From an uncultured Candidatus Saccharibacteria bacterium (GTDB lineage Bacteria; Patescibacteriota; Minisyncoccia; JACQLN01), in contig CAYIPG010000001.1 of NCBI GenBank assembly GCA_964365305.1, positions 2,214-66,213 of the forward strand: a DNA stretch of 64,000 nt. Reading direction: 5' to 3'. Below, one piece after another: positions 56,329 to 64,000 of the stretch (the first letter of the stretch is position 1; the number at the start of each line of letters is the position of its first letter). The notes below the pieces were generated by a model. That model had not been told where the DNA came from. It saw only the letters and a list, made by a program, of their open reading frames with translations, and did no database searches. Made by a program: the position numbers and the translations under genes.

Positions 56329-57378
56329 CTAAAAAGCGAGAGCGATACTTAATTTCTCCATCAAATAGTTTAAGCTATGGTGGTTAACAACAATATCTCT
56401 TAACTCACTTGTTAATCTAATCTCCTCGTTGCTTTCCAATTTTAGCAAATTAATTATCTTTGACCCTAAATTATCAGAATCCCCTTCATTAAAAATAAAA
56501 AGGTTGACCAATTTTGAGGGTAAGATATCTTTATAAGATAAATTAGAAACTAATATCATGGTTTCGCAGGACATTGCTTCCAAAGTAGTTTTATCTAAAC
56601 TTCCGGTTGGGGTTAAATTTATGAAAATACGGCTCTCATTGTAAGCTAAAACCGCCTCTGAATTTGGAATAGATGATCTAAAAATTATTTTACCGTCTTT
56701 TATTAATTTTAGAGACATGGTCTTCAACTTATTCTTGTAAAATTCATCAGCTCTAGAAGAGGGAGAACCAATAATATAAATTTGAAAATCAATTTTCTGC
56801 CTATCTAGTAACTCAGCCGCCGAGATTAGCACTTCTATTTTTTTAATGGGCGAGATACGGCCTAGAAATAAAATTTGATTATGATTTTTTGCGACAGGGA
56901 CCTTCTTAAAAAGATCAACATCAATTCCAGCCGGCATTAAATTTGTTTTGCTAAACTTGGCCGCAAAAGAATATTTTGAGGTGCAAAAAACTCTACCTGA
57001 AAAAAAAATCCCTACTCTATCTATAACATTACCCATAGGATGGTTATACCACAATGAAGTTTTCTTATCATAAAGTTTCCAAAATAAACCGCCCAGCACA
57101 ATATAGATAGGATTCATATGCACAAACACTACATCATAATCATGCCTTAATTTCCAAATATACTTATAAAAATTAAATATATATTTGAGCCGAGACGGAC
57201 CTGATTCTTTGCCTAACGAAAAAACCCCGACATTGTTTGGCAATTCGGTTTTACCTTGATAGAGACAGACCACCGAGATCTTAGTGAATTTTTGAGCTAA
57301 TTTGCTTATCCAACTATGATAAACGCCCAAAATATCATCATCCAGGTCTACTTTTTGAGTTATAAACAAAAGTTTCAT
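56329..57378 (-). CDS. GT4-family glycosyltransferase (divergent).
   Basis: C-terminal LEAMSCETMILVSN (EX7E-like region); 349 aa GT-B size. Confidence 0.5.
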   Translation of the reverse strand: MKLLFITQKVDLDDDILGVYHSWISKLAQKFTKISVVCLYQGKTELPNNVGVFSLGKESGPSRLKYIFNFYKYIWKLRHDYDVVFVHMNPIYIVLGGLFWKLYDKKTSLWYNHPMGNVIDRVGIFFSGRVFCTSKYSFAAKFSKTNLMPAGIDVDLFKKVPVAKNHNQILFLGRISPIKKIEVLISAAELLDRQKIDFQIYIIGSPSSRADEFYKNKLKTMSLKLIKDGKIIFRSSIPNSEAVLAYNESRIFINLTPTGSLDKTTLEAMSCETMILVSNLSYKDILPSKLVNLFIFNEGDSDNLGSKIINLLKLESNEEIRLTSELRDIVVNHHSLNYLMEKLSIALAF

Positions 57379-57412
57379 GTGGTTTCTGTATCTTCTACTT
57401 CTAAAAAGGAGC

Positions 57413-58282
57413 TTAGATAAGCTCCTTGTAGTGTTCCTTGTACCAATCCACCGTTCGTTTCATGCCTACTTCTATAGGAGTAAATTCAAACTTCCCTAAC
57501 CAGCGTTCTAGAGTTGAGATGTCACCCTGAATAACCGCTTTCGATGTTTCACCTGGGCGCATAGGTAAAAACTCTATTTTTGCTCCCAACATATCCGCTA
57601 TCAACTTGGCCACTTTAATCAAGGGTTCACCCCTGCCACTGCCGGAATCAATTACTTCTGTAGCGACTTTGTCCAACTCCAAAGCCCGAACTAGAATCTC
57701 TGCCGTATCGCCAGCGTAAACCAAATCAACTAATTGGCTACCATCACCATAAACCTGTAGCGGTTGGCCCTGTAGGGCTCTGATGATAAAACTGGGAGCA
57801 AACTTTCTAACCGGTTTGAATTTCTGGCCTTCGCCATAAACATTAAACCCTCTAACAACATTTATATGAGTGCTAAATTCTTTATTGTACAAAAAAGCAA
57901 AGTCCTTGGCTGTTCTTTTGGTTAAAGCATAGGGGTTGTACCAAACATCCGGCAGTGTTATATAAACGCATTTCTTGTTATATTTTTTAACTGCCTCAAA
58001 AACATTAAGCGTGCCCAATATATTGACCTCGTTGGTCTCAATAATATGCTGAAGGGTTTCCGCTGTGCCAAGAATACCGGCTAAGTGGATAACCCCATCG
58101 CATTCAAAAACGGCCTGGTCCACAGCATTCTTATCGCGAATATCGGCTGTAAAACTTTTAACTCCTGGCACCGGATCAATCATACGACGATCAAAACTTA
58201 AAACCTGATGCCCATGAGACAAAAGCGTTTTTATCACATGACCGCCAATAAAACCCTGCCCGCCAGTTACTAAAACTTTCAT
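57413..58282 (-). CDS. NAD-dependent nucleotide-sugar epimerase/dehydratase/reductase.
   Basis: VLVTGGQGFIGGHV Rossmann motif; 289 aa. Confidence 0.75.
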   Translation of the reverse strand: MKVLVTGGQGFIGGHVIKTLLSHGHQVLSFDRRMIDPVPGVKSFTADIRDKNAVDQAVFECDGVIHLAGILGTAETLQHIIETNEVNILGTLNVFEAVKKYNKKCVYITLPDVWYNPYALTKRTAKDFAFLYNKEFSTHINVVRGFNVYGEGQKFKPVRKFAPSFIIRALQGQPLQVYGDGSQLVDLVYAGDTAEILVRALELDKVATEVIDSGSGRGEPLIKVAKLIADMLGAKIEFLPMRPGETSKAVIQGDISTLERWLGKFEFTPIEVGMKRTVDWYKEHYKELI

Positions 58283-58335
58283 ATTTTTACTTATTTTATT
58301 TATATATAAATTAACACTTGTTTATTAAGACAATA

Positions 58336-59505
58336 TTAAAATATAACATTAATTAAGGCAATTTTGTAACGTTCTATATATTCTTTTTTGGATATAAAAT
58401 TCTGGGATGTCTCTAAAGCATTTTGGGCGAATTCTTTACATTTTTTTTTGTCAATAATTAATTCAATCATTCTACTGGCAAGTATATGACTATTGCCTAC
58501 AGGCACAACAAACCCGTTAATATTATTAATCACTATTTCGTTTGCCGGAGCAACATCCGTCATAATGACAGGCAGTCCGGAAGCGATGGCCTCTGAAGGA
58601 GACCGCGCGCCGCCCTCATAGTTGGATGTTAAAATAAAAAAATCAGCTGTTTTGTAATACGATATTATATCGTTGGTCCATGATTCAAAAATAACATAAT
58701 TTTGTAACTTGTAACTTGTAACTTGTAACTTTAAACCATCCAATTCGGGGCCGTCACCAACAATAAGCAATAATGTTTTTGGATAATCAGTAATTATATC
58801 TTTCATGGCCTTGATAGCCATACCAACATTTTTTTCTTTAGTTAGGCGAGAGGCCATTAATATAATAGGTTCATGTTTTTTATATTTTGTATGGAGATTT
58901 ATTTTGACAGAACCATTTGTAAAACGATCCATATCATATACTATAGGCAAAACAGTAATAGGGTTTAGGGTATGGGGTTTAGGGTATAGCGACAATAAAG
59001 AGTTTTTAATTCGTTCGGAAACTACCCGAAGACAATTTGCTTTCTTTACTAATCGTTGAGCCATTAAAACACGGACTTTATTCTTCAATGATTCTCGCCA
59101 AAAATACGGGCTTAAAAAATCGGTGTGGATCTGGATTTGCAGTGGTAATTTAAATTTTTTCTTTAATAGATAACCCACCCAACCGGTTTCAAAAGGATCC
59201 TGGGTGGTGATTACACAATTTCTAATTTCCCCACCTTCGCTAAAACTTCGGCGGGCGAGTAATTTTAAATTTCTAAGTATACCGCTAGAAATTTTGTAAG
59301 CGTCCCAAAAGTAAAATAGGTTGATCTTGGTATTGGTGGGATATAAAAAAACATTACTAAAGTTTTGCGTTTTTAGTTTTGCGTTTTTAGTTTTTATTAC
59401 TATATGTAGCTCTTCCACCAAACCGCCATAGTCCGCCATTCTTTGGCGGACTTCTGATCCTTCAACAAATATATTCTTATCAGTAGACAACATTAAGACC
59501 TTCAT
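58336..59505 (-). CDS. GT4-family glycosyltransferase carrying several in-gene tandem repeats.
   Basis: GGARSPSEAIASGLPVIMTD...NGFVVP (EX7E). Repeats at 58702-58729, 58962-58988 and 59362-59391. Confidence 0.75.
   Translation of the reverse strand: MKVLMLSTDKNIFVEGSEVRQRMADYGGLVEELHIVIKTKNAKLKTQNFSNVFLYPTNTKINLFYFWDAYKISSGILRNLKLLARRSFSEGGEIRNCVITTQDPFETGWVGYLLKKKFKLPLQIQIHTDFLSPYFWRESLKNKVRVLMAQRLVKKANCLRVVSERIKNSLLSLYPKPHTLNPITVLPIVYDMDRFTNGSVKINLHTKYKKHEPIILMASRLTKEKNVGMAIKAMKDIITDYPKTLLLIVGDGPELDGLKLQVTSYKLQNYVIFESWTNDIISYYKTADFFILTSNYEGGARSPSEAIASGLPVIMTDVAPANEIVINNINGFVVPVGNSHILASRMIELIIDKKKCKEFAQNALETSQNFISKKEYIERYKIALINVIF
58702..58729. repeat. (ttgtaac)x4 heptanucleotide tandem repeat inside the GT4 coding sequence.
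   Basis: Counted base by base. It encodes the duplicated KLQVTSYKLQ in the protein. Confidence 0.85.
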
Positions 59506-60140
59506 TTTTCTAAAATAAAAAACAATCTATAACCATCCAAAACCGGCCGTATTTTTTTAACCGATTTAAAATTATTTTTTAAAATTTTTACTATTCTACC
59601 CAGCCGATATTTATAACCGTCTATTTCCCAGTAATGTTGGCCAGAACTGGCAAAACCCCTAAAAAACCAAGGAAATCTAAGGAAAAACACCAAAAAATTA
59701 CTTTTAAAAATTGTTCTAATTCCAGGAAACTTAAAAACAAATTCAAAACCGGAAGAACGGTAGGGTAAAGAAATAATTACATTTTTTTTACTGACCCTTT
59801 TTAATTCCATAAGAGTTCTCTCAAAGTCCTCCCACGGCAAATGTTCAAGAACTTCAAAAGTAGTCACAACATCAAAACTACTGCTTTCAAACGGCAAGTT
59901 TCTAACATCCGCGATAACATCTGAATTCAAATCTTTGTCTATATCGCAAGTAATAACTTCCAAACCAGTGGATTTTAAATAAGCCGAAGTGATATTTACC
60001 CCAACTCCAACTTCTAAAACTTTACCAGAATTTCCAACCAAATCGGACACTAAACTGGTCTGATAATAATACGAAATAAATCTTTCCAAAGAGTTATATT
60101 TTTTTCTAAAATAGTGTGACTTTTTAACTTGTGTGTCCAT
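59502..60140 (-). CDS. Class I SAM-dependent methyltransferase.
   Basis: VLEVGVGVNITSAYL motif I-like and FEVLEHLP; 212 aa. Confidence 0.5.
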   Translation of the reverse strand: MDTQVKKSHYFRKKYNSLERFISYYYQTSLVSDLVGNSGKVLEVGVGVNITSAYLKSTGLEVITCDIDKDLNSDVIADVRNLPFESSSFDVVTTFEVLEHLPWEDFERTLMELKRVSKKNVIISLPYRSSGFEFVFKFPGIRTIFKSNFLVFFLRFPWFFRGFASSGQHYWEIDGYKYRLGRIVKILKNNFKSVKKIRPVLDGYRLFFILEK

Positions 60141-60141
60141 C

Positions 60142-62370
60142 TTATTTATTTAATATCTCTAGCAAATTACTAATAGTTCTTTCTATGGAAAAATCTCTGG
60201 ATCTAACCAAGGCATTCTGGGACAATTTCTCTCTTAAAAAATTGTTCTCGTTTATCTTTTTAATAGCGTCCACAAACTCTTCTTTATTATTTGGAGCAAG
60301 TAATATCCCATCAAAACCGTTAGTGATGATTTCTGATATGTTGCCGATATTAGTGGTTACAACCGGCAAACCCAGACCCATCGCCTCTACTATTTGAAAC
60401 GAAAAACTCTCAAAAGAAGTATTGAGAACAAATATGCTGGTCTGTTCTAAATACTCTAAAACTTTTTCTCTAGGAACTGCCCCTGTGAGTTCAACACGGT
60501 TCTCCAATTTGTGACTTGAGATTTGTGACTTGAGATTTTCATGCTCTGGTCCATCTCCGATAATTATCAACTTCCACTCCGGCAGATCCAGCATCATGCT
60601 TATAACCATATCAAACCCCTTCCACGGCACAAGCCGACCAACTGAAACAATGATCTTGTTCTCTCGATGATTTGAGGTTTGAGATTTGAGGTTTGAGGTT
60701 TTCACGCCATTGTATATCGTTATTACTTTGTCTGGATTCTTGACCCAACCCGATACTAGTTTTCTAAAATACTGGCTCGGGGTAATAACCGTGTCGGCGT
60801 GACCAACCACAAATTTCTGAACCTTTCTTAAAAATTCAACCCTAAAACCATATTTATTTTTTTGAAAATCATCAATGGAGTCATTTACACCAAAACGCTG
60901 AACCGATTGCTCCCACACATAATCGCCCGGCACGCGAATAATGAATTTCTTTCGCGCTAATCTGGTTGCAACAAGAGCCGGCAAGCCGGCGCTGATAGTA
61001 TCTTGCGCCAAAATAACATCGCTAATCAAGGCCTTTTTGAAGCATACCCAAAAATAAACTAGATGCCGTATCCCCTTAGGCAGACCCCTAGAGACCCCAG
61101 ACGGGCCATAAGTGACCACCTTAACCCCCACACCGCGCCGGGGTAACTCTTTAACCAATAGCGAAGCATATGTGGCTGGACCGCCGATATCGGGCGGATA
61201 AATTCCGGTGGCCAAAAGCAGACGAATATCAAAAATTTGTGATTTTAAAAGTTCGCCCATTCTTTTGGAAATACTGTTCCAAGAATAGTTCGAGATAACC
61301 AATTCCCGACCATTTTTAGAAAGTTTCTCCGATAAACCAACATCTGATAATAAAAGTTTTATCTTTTCCGCAAGATCGTTATGATTTTCAATCTCGCAAA
61401 ACAAACCGGTCTCGCCGTCTTTTAGAAAGTCAGTTATACCTCCTACCGGCGTGCCAATGACCGGCAACCCCGCCGCCATGGCTTCTAAAAAAGAGTTGCC
61501 TAAACCTTCGGAACGGGATGGCCGAACAAATATATCGGCTTGAGACAAGTATTGAGGAATTAAGTCGGGGTCAACATGGCCGATAAATTTGACTCTGTCG
61601 GCAACACCTAAGTCAGTGACCAATTTTTCTAGTTTAGACCTGTCGGGACCGTCGCCAATAATTTGTAATTTGTAATTTGTAATTTGTAATTTAGCGCAGG
61701 CCCGAATCAGAATATCAACACCGTTTTTATAAACCAACCGCGAAGTCGTAATAACCGTATAAGCCCCATTGGACTTATAGGTCTTATTGGACTTATAGGC
61801 ATCTAAATTGACTCCATTCGGCACCACTTCTATTGGACATCTAGCGCCGTGCCGTTTAGCAAAATCAACTAGGTGATTGCTGATGGCTTGTATATAATCG
61901 GCTTTCTTGAATATCATCTTCCAGAACGGATAAAATATCCCAATTTTTTTTAGTATATGTTTTTCCGAATCTCCTTCCTGCAAAGTCAACAACATCGGCA
62001 CTCGTGGATACAACAATTTAAAAAACAAAACCCCCAAACCAGCGTAAGCGGCCATGATAGACCACGAAATTTTATATTGATTTTTTCTGTGCAACTTCCC
62101 AGCTAAAAATGCCGATTTAATCGGGAAGGATATTTTACTGCCATCAATTCTAAAAATGCGGACTCTGCCCATAGTTTCTCTGGAGAGGCGGCTCTTATCA
62201 AAACGCAAGGTTATCAAATCAAAATCAAAAGAATCACCCAGACGATCGGTGATTTCTTTAACAGCTATTTCCGCCCCGCCCACCAACGGAAAATAGGCCA
62301 GAGAAAAAATTAAAACCCGCGGCTTTTTTGCCATACCTATAAAACTCTTAGGTCGCGGATTAGATAACAT
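60142..62370 (-). CDS. Tandem double GT4 glycosyltransferase (two complete GT-B modules in one 742-aa protein).
   Basis: Two EX7E regions: LEAMAAGLPVIGTPVGGITDFLKDGETG in the N-terminal half and VEAMGLGLPVVTTNIGNISEIITNGFDG in the C-terminal half. Several in-gene repeat tracts. Confidence 0.8.
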   Translation of the reverse strand: MLSNPRPKSFIGMAKKPRVLIFSLAYFPLVGGAEIAVKEITDRLGDSFDFDLITLRFDKSRLSRETMGRVRIFRIDGSKISFPIKSAFLAGKLHRKNQYKISWSIMAAYAGLGVLFFKLLYPRVPMLLTLQEGDSEKHILKKIGIFYPFWKMIFKKADYIQAISNHLVDFAKRHGARCPIEVVPNGVNLDAYKSNKTYKSNGAYTVITTSRLVYKNGVDILIRACAKLQITNYKLQIIGDGPDRSKLEKLVTDLGVADRVKFIGHVDPDLIPQYLSQADIFVRPSRSEGLGNSFLEAMAAGLPVIGTPVGGITDFLKDGETGLFCEIENHNDLAEKIKLLLSDVGLSEKLSKNGRELVISNYSWNSISKRMGELLKSQIFDIRLLLATGIYPPDIGGPATYASLLVKELPRRGVGVKVVTYGPSGVSRGLPKGIRHLVYFWVCFKKALISDVILAQDTISAGLPALVATRLARKKFIIRVPGDYVWEQSVQRFGVNDSIDDFQKNKYGFRVEFLRKVQKFVVGHADTVITPSQYFRKLVSGWVKNPDKVITIYNGVKTSNLKSQTSNHRENKIIVSVGRLVPWKGFDMVISMMLDLPEWKLIIIGDGPEHENLKSQISSHKLENRVELTGAVPREKVLEYLEQTSIFVLNTSFESFSFQIVEAMGLGLPVVTTNIGNISEIITNGFDGILLAPNNKEEFVDAIKKINENNFLREKLSQNALVRSRDFSIERTISNLLEILNK
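60508..60535. repeat. (tttgtgacttgaga)x2 tandem repeat in the double-GT4 gene.
   Basis: Shares tttgtgacttgagatttt with 40342-40362. Confidence 0.8.
60671..60698. repeat. (tttgagg/tttgaga)x4 heptanucleotide repeat in the double-GT4 gene.
   Basis: tttgagg tttgaga tttgagg tttgagg, counted directly. Confidence 0.85.
61659..61692. repeat. (taatttg)x4.8 heptanucleotide repeat in the double-GT4 gene.
   Basis: It encodes KLQITNYKLQI at the junction region of the N-terminal GT4 module. A second 18-nt in-frame duplication (attggacttatagg...) lies at 61769-61800. Confidence 0.85.
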
Positions 62371-62379
62371 TCCAAAAAG

Positions 62380-63177
62380 CTATTTTAAGCGGTCTATTTC
62401 TGCCTGTATACCGGCCTGATCGGGCGCTATTTTTAGAACTTCTTGGTAGTACTTTAAAGCATTGGTTTTATCACCTTCATCGCGGTAATAAGAGGCCAGA
62501 TAAAGAACTAAATTAACATCTTTGATTATGTTCATACCCTCCAATAAAACCTTGGGCGTTTCTGATTTTTTGGCCATATAAACATTCTTATAAAAATCAG
62601 CTAATCCCAAGTAATAACCCGGCTGATAAGCATCATTGCTTATGGCTTTTTTAAAACTTGCCTCGGCTTTTTCATTATCATGCAAATAAAAGCCGTAGAG
62701 ATTGCCCAAATTAGCAAAAGATAGACCATTGGAAGGATATAAAATATTGGCATACTCCCAGGCGTCCCGCGCGCCTTCGTAATCGTTAAATGATTTTTTA
62801 ATAACTCCCACCGCGATCCAGTTATCCACCCCGCCAACGCTTATTGGATTTTTATTTAAAACAGAATCCAAAAGAGCCAGGTCTTTTTTTTGCTTGGCAA
62901 TATATTCCTCGGGAGCGCTAAAACCCTGGCCAAAACGAACTTCACCAATGGGGCGGCCGGCGTATCTAGGCAAATCAGGTCCATTGTAGGCGGCAGGGGC
63001 CTGTTGTTTATTGTTTTGATTTAGTTCTTTTTCGTTCGTCGCAGACGCGTCTTTGGAGTTAGGCCCGGAATTCGGAATCGGCGGTGATTTTTTAAATATC
63101 AAGTCCAAAAAAATAATAATCAACACAACCAATATTAATCCAATTCCAATAACAATCTTTTTATTTAATCTAAACAT
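62380..63177 (-). CDS. Membrane-anchored TPR-repeat protein.
   Basis: N-terminal TM (IVIGIGLILVVLIIIFL), then TPR-like helical repeats (ALKYYQEVLKIAPD, AEASFKKAISNDAYQPGYYLGLADFY). The start is placed at ATG 63177 (MFRLNKK) because the longer track ORF (to 63204) would begin inside the upstream gene's terminator T-tract. Confidence 0.55.
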   Translation of the reverse strand: MFRLNKKIVIGIGLILVVLIIIFLDLIFKKSPPIPNSGPNSKDASATNEKELNQNNKQQAPAAYNGPDLPRYAGRPIGEVRFGQGFSAPEEYIAKQKKDLALLDSVLNKNPISVGGVDNWIAVGVIKKSFNDYEGARDAWEYANILYPSNGLSFANLGNLYGFYLHDNEKAEASFKKAISNDAYQPGYYLGLADFYKNVYMAKKSETPKVLLEGMNIIKDVNLVLYLASYYRDEGDKTNALKYYQEVLKIAPDQAGIQAEIDRLK

Positions 63178-63196
63178 GGAATCAATAATAACAAAC

Positions 63197-63237
63197 ATGA
63201 CCAAAAAAACAACCCCGCCTCTTAAAGAGGCGGGGTT
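63197..63237 (-). terminator. Rho-independent terminator for the 63288-63986 gene.
   Basis: Perfect 11-bp stem aaccccgcctc / gaggcggggtt (63211-63237) with loop ttaaa. On the minus strand it is followed by GTTTTTTTGG. Confidence 0.6.
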
Positions 63238-63287
63238 GTCCTAACCCTCCGACCGAAGCATCGCATCGGAGCACAAGGTGGTTAGAT

Positions 63288-63986
63288 TTAGTTACTTAAG
63301 GTTAAGGTTTCAGTCACACTAGAGTCCGAATTGGACAGACCCGGGACCAAGAAACCATTAAACCAGTCAATGGCCTGCACACTCATAGCGGTATTGGTCG
63401 CGTTATCAGACCAAATAAAGTCGTCGTCGTCCCAAGCATCCACATTGGCCGCCGTGGTAGCAAACACATAGTTTTTGCCACCGGTCCAGTTATCGCCCGC
63501 CGTCGCTTGCGAAATTGCTGTGTCAGCAGAAGCTGACTGATTCTCGCCATCCTCCGCATTATTCAAACTAGCAAACTGCGCATCGCCCTGCATCTTCACA
63601 GTAATAGCTGGTGTGGAACTAGCTCCCGTAATATCGCCTTTTAACACAAAGTATCTGGTTACACCTGCCGGAATAGATATGGATTCAGTCGTAGCGCTGG
63701 TGGGATTAGTTGGGTTAAAGGTAATGCGAACTTCTTGATCATTCGTGTTGTCTGCCGTGGTGCTGGCGATAGAGGAGAAATCAGACACACCCGAATCATT
63801 CAACAAACCGGAGTTATTGGCATTGCCGCATGAGGCGCTGCTAAAGAGAGCATCGTCGTAGCAGTAGACCTGATAGTTAGATACCCTGAAATCCGATACT
63901 AATGGATCACTCTCACTAATACCATTCTGGAATTCTTGCAGATAACCGCTCACAGATGTTGAAACCAAGAAAGTGAACTTATACAA
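63288..63986 (-). CDS. Ser/Thr/Asn/Asp-rich hypothetical secreted or surface protein; may extend beyond the window end.
   Basis: The track ORF has a low-complexity S/T/N/D-rich composition (SASADTAISQATAGDNWTGG...) and no recognisable domain. The first Met is 14 nt from the window edge, so the 5' end is uncertain. Confidence 0.35.
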   Translation of the reverse strand: MYKFTFLVSTSVSGYLQEFQNGISESDPLVSDFRVSNYQVYCYDDALFSSASCGNANNSGLLNDSGVSDFSSIASTTADNTNDQEVRITFNPTNPTSATTESISIPAGVTRYFVLKGDITGASSTPAITVKMQGDAQFASLNNAEDGENQSASADTAISQATAGDNWTGGKNYVFATTAANVDAWDDDDFIWSDNATNTAMSVQAIDWFNGFLVPGLSNSDSSVTETLTLSN

Positions 63987-64000
63987 GCTAATGCCATTCG

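Noticed and set aside
58962-58988. Telomere-like GGGTTTAGGG motif.
   Set aside because: It occurs once as part of a 13-nt in-frame duplication inside a GT4 gene. It is not a terminal repeat array. The resemblance to TTTAGGG-type telomeres is coincidental.
58702-61692. Whether the short tandem repeats could be a CRISPR array or a minisatellite.
   Set aside because: The units are 7-15 nt with no spacers, lie inside intact ORFs, and there are no cas genes. They do not fit CRISPR architecture.
1-64000. Searched for mobile elements, integrases, tRNA/rRNA genes and prophage signatures.
   Set aside because: No transposase or integrase-like ORFs, no tRNA-like cloverleaf-compatible segments in the intergenic regions, and no rRNA-like conserved stretches were seen. 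The locus appears to be a chromosomal biosynthetic island rather than a mobile element. sqdB may be an independent horizontal acquisition.

Overview
This 64-kb window is almost entirely one low-GC, densely packed cell-envelope glycan biosynthesis island. It has about 55 genes, mostly on the minus strand and often overlapping by 1-4 nt. I found no rRNA, tRNA, CRISPR array, transposase or integrase. Composition and gene style fit a small-genome bacterium (possibly Patescibacteria/CPR-like), but I cannot place it from sequence alone. Recognisable contents: an initiating polyprenyl-phosphate sugar-phosphate transferase; several SDR-type epimerases/dehydratases (one RmlB-like); a DegT-family aminotransferase; six or more GT4 and several GT2 glycosyltransferases; a Wzx-like flippase; an O-antigen-ligase-like protein with TPR repeats; and two to three parallel nonulosonic-acid (sialic-acid-like) modules (NeuC x2, NeuB x3, NeuA-family cytidylyltransferase x3, with two D-2-hydroxyacid dehydrogenases). 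There are also four paralogous TagF-like (CDP-alditol phosphotransferase family) GT-B proteins, two paralogous large polytopic membrane proteins of unknown family, a YfhO-like membrane protein, seven or more class I SAM methyltransferases and a B12-binding radical-SAM enzyme. An unusually GC-rich UDP-sulfoquinovose synthase gene (sqdB/SQD1-like) sits next to an assimilatory APS/PAPS reductase (cysH-like). The most novel-looking element is an 8-gene minus-strand operon (26259-32649) that looks like a Dlt-type (MBOAT + DltD-like + carrier protein) surface-polymer esterification system. Here the D-alanine ligase is replaced by an FkbH-like HAD-family glyceryl-loading enzyme with a dedicated ACP, AcpS, a MaoC hotdog dehydratase and an SDR reductase. 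Other notable features: 7-nt-periodic tandem repeats inside several GT4 genes (possible slipped-strand phase variation), a 46-nt perfect palindrome and a related second palindrome flanking a TrpR/YerC-like regulator, and clear rho-independent terminators.
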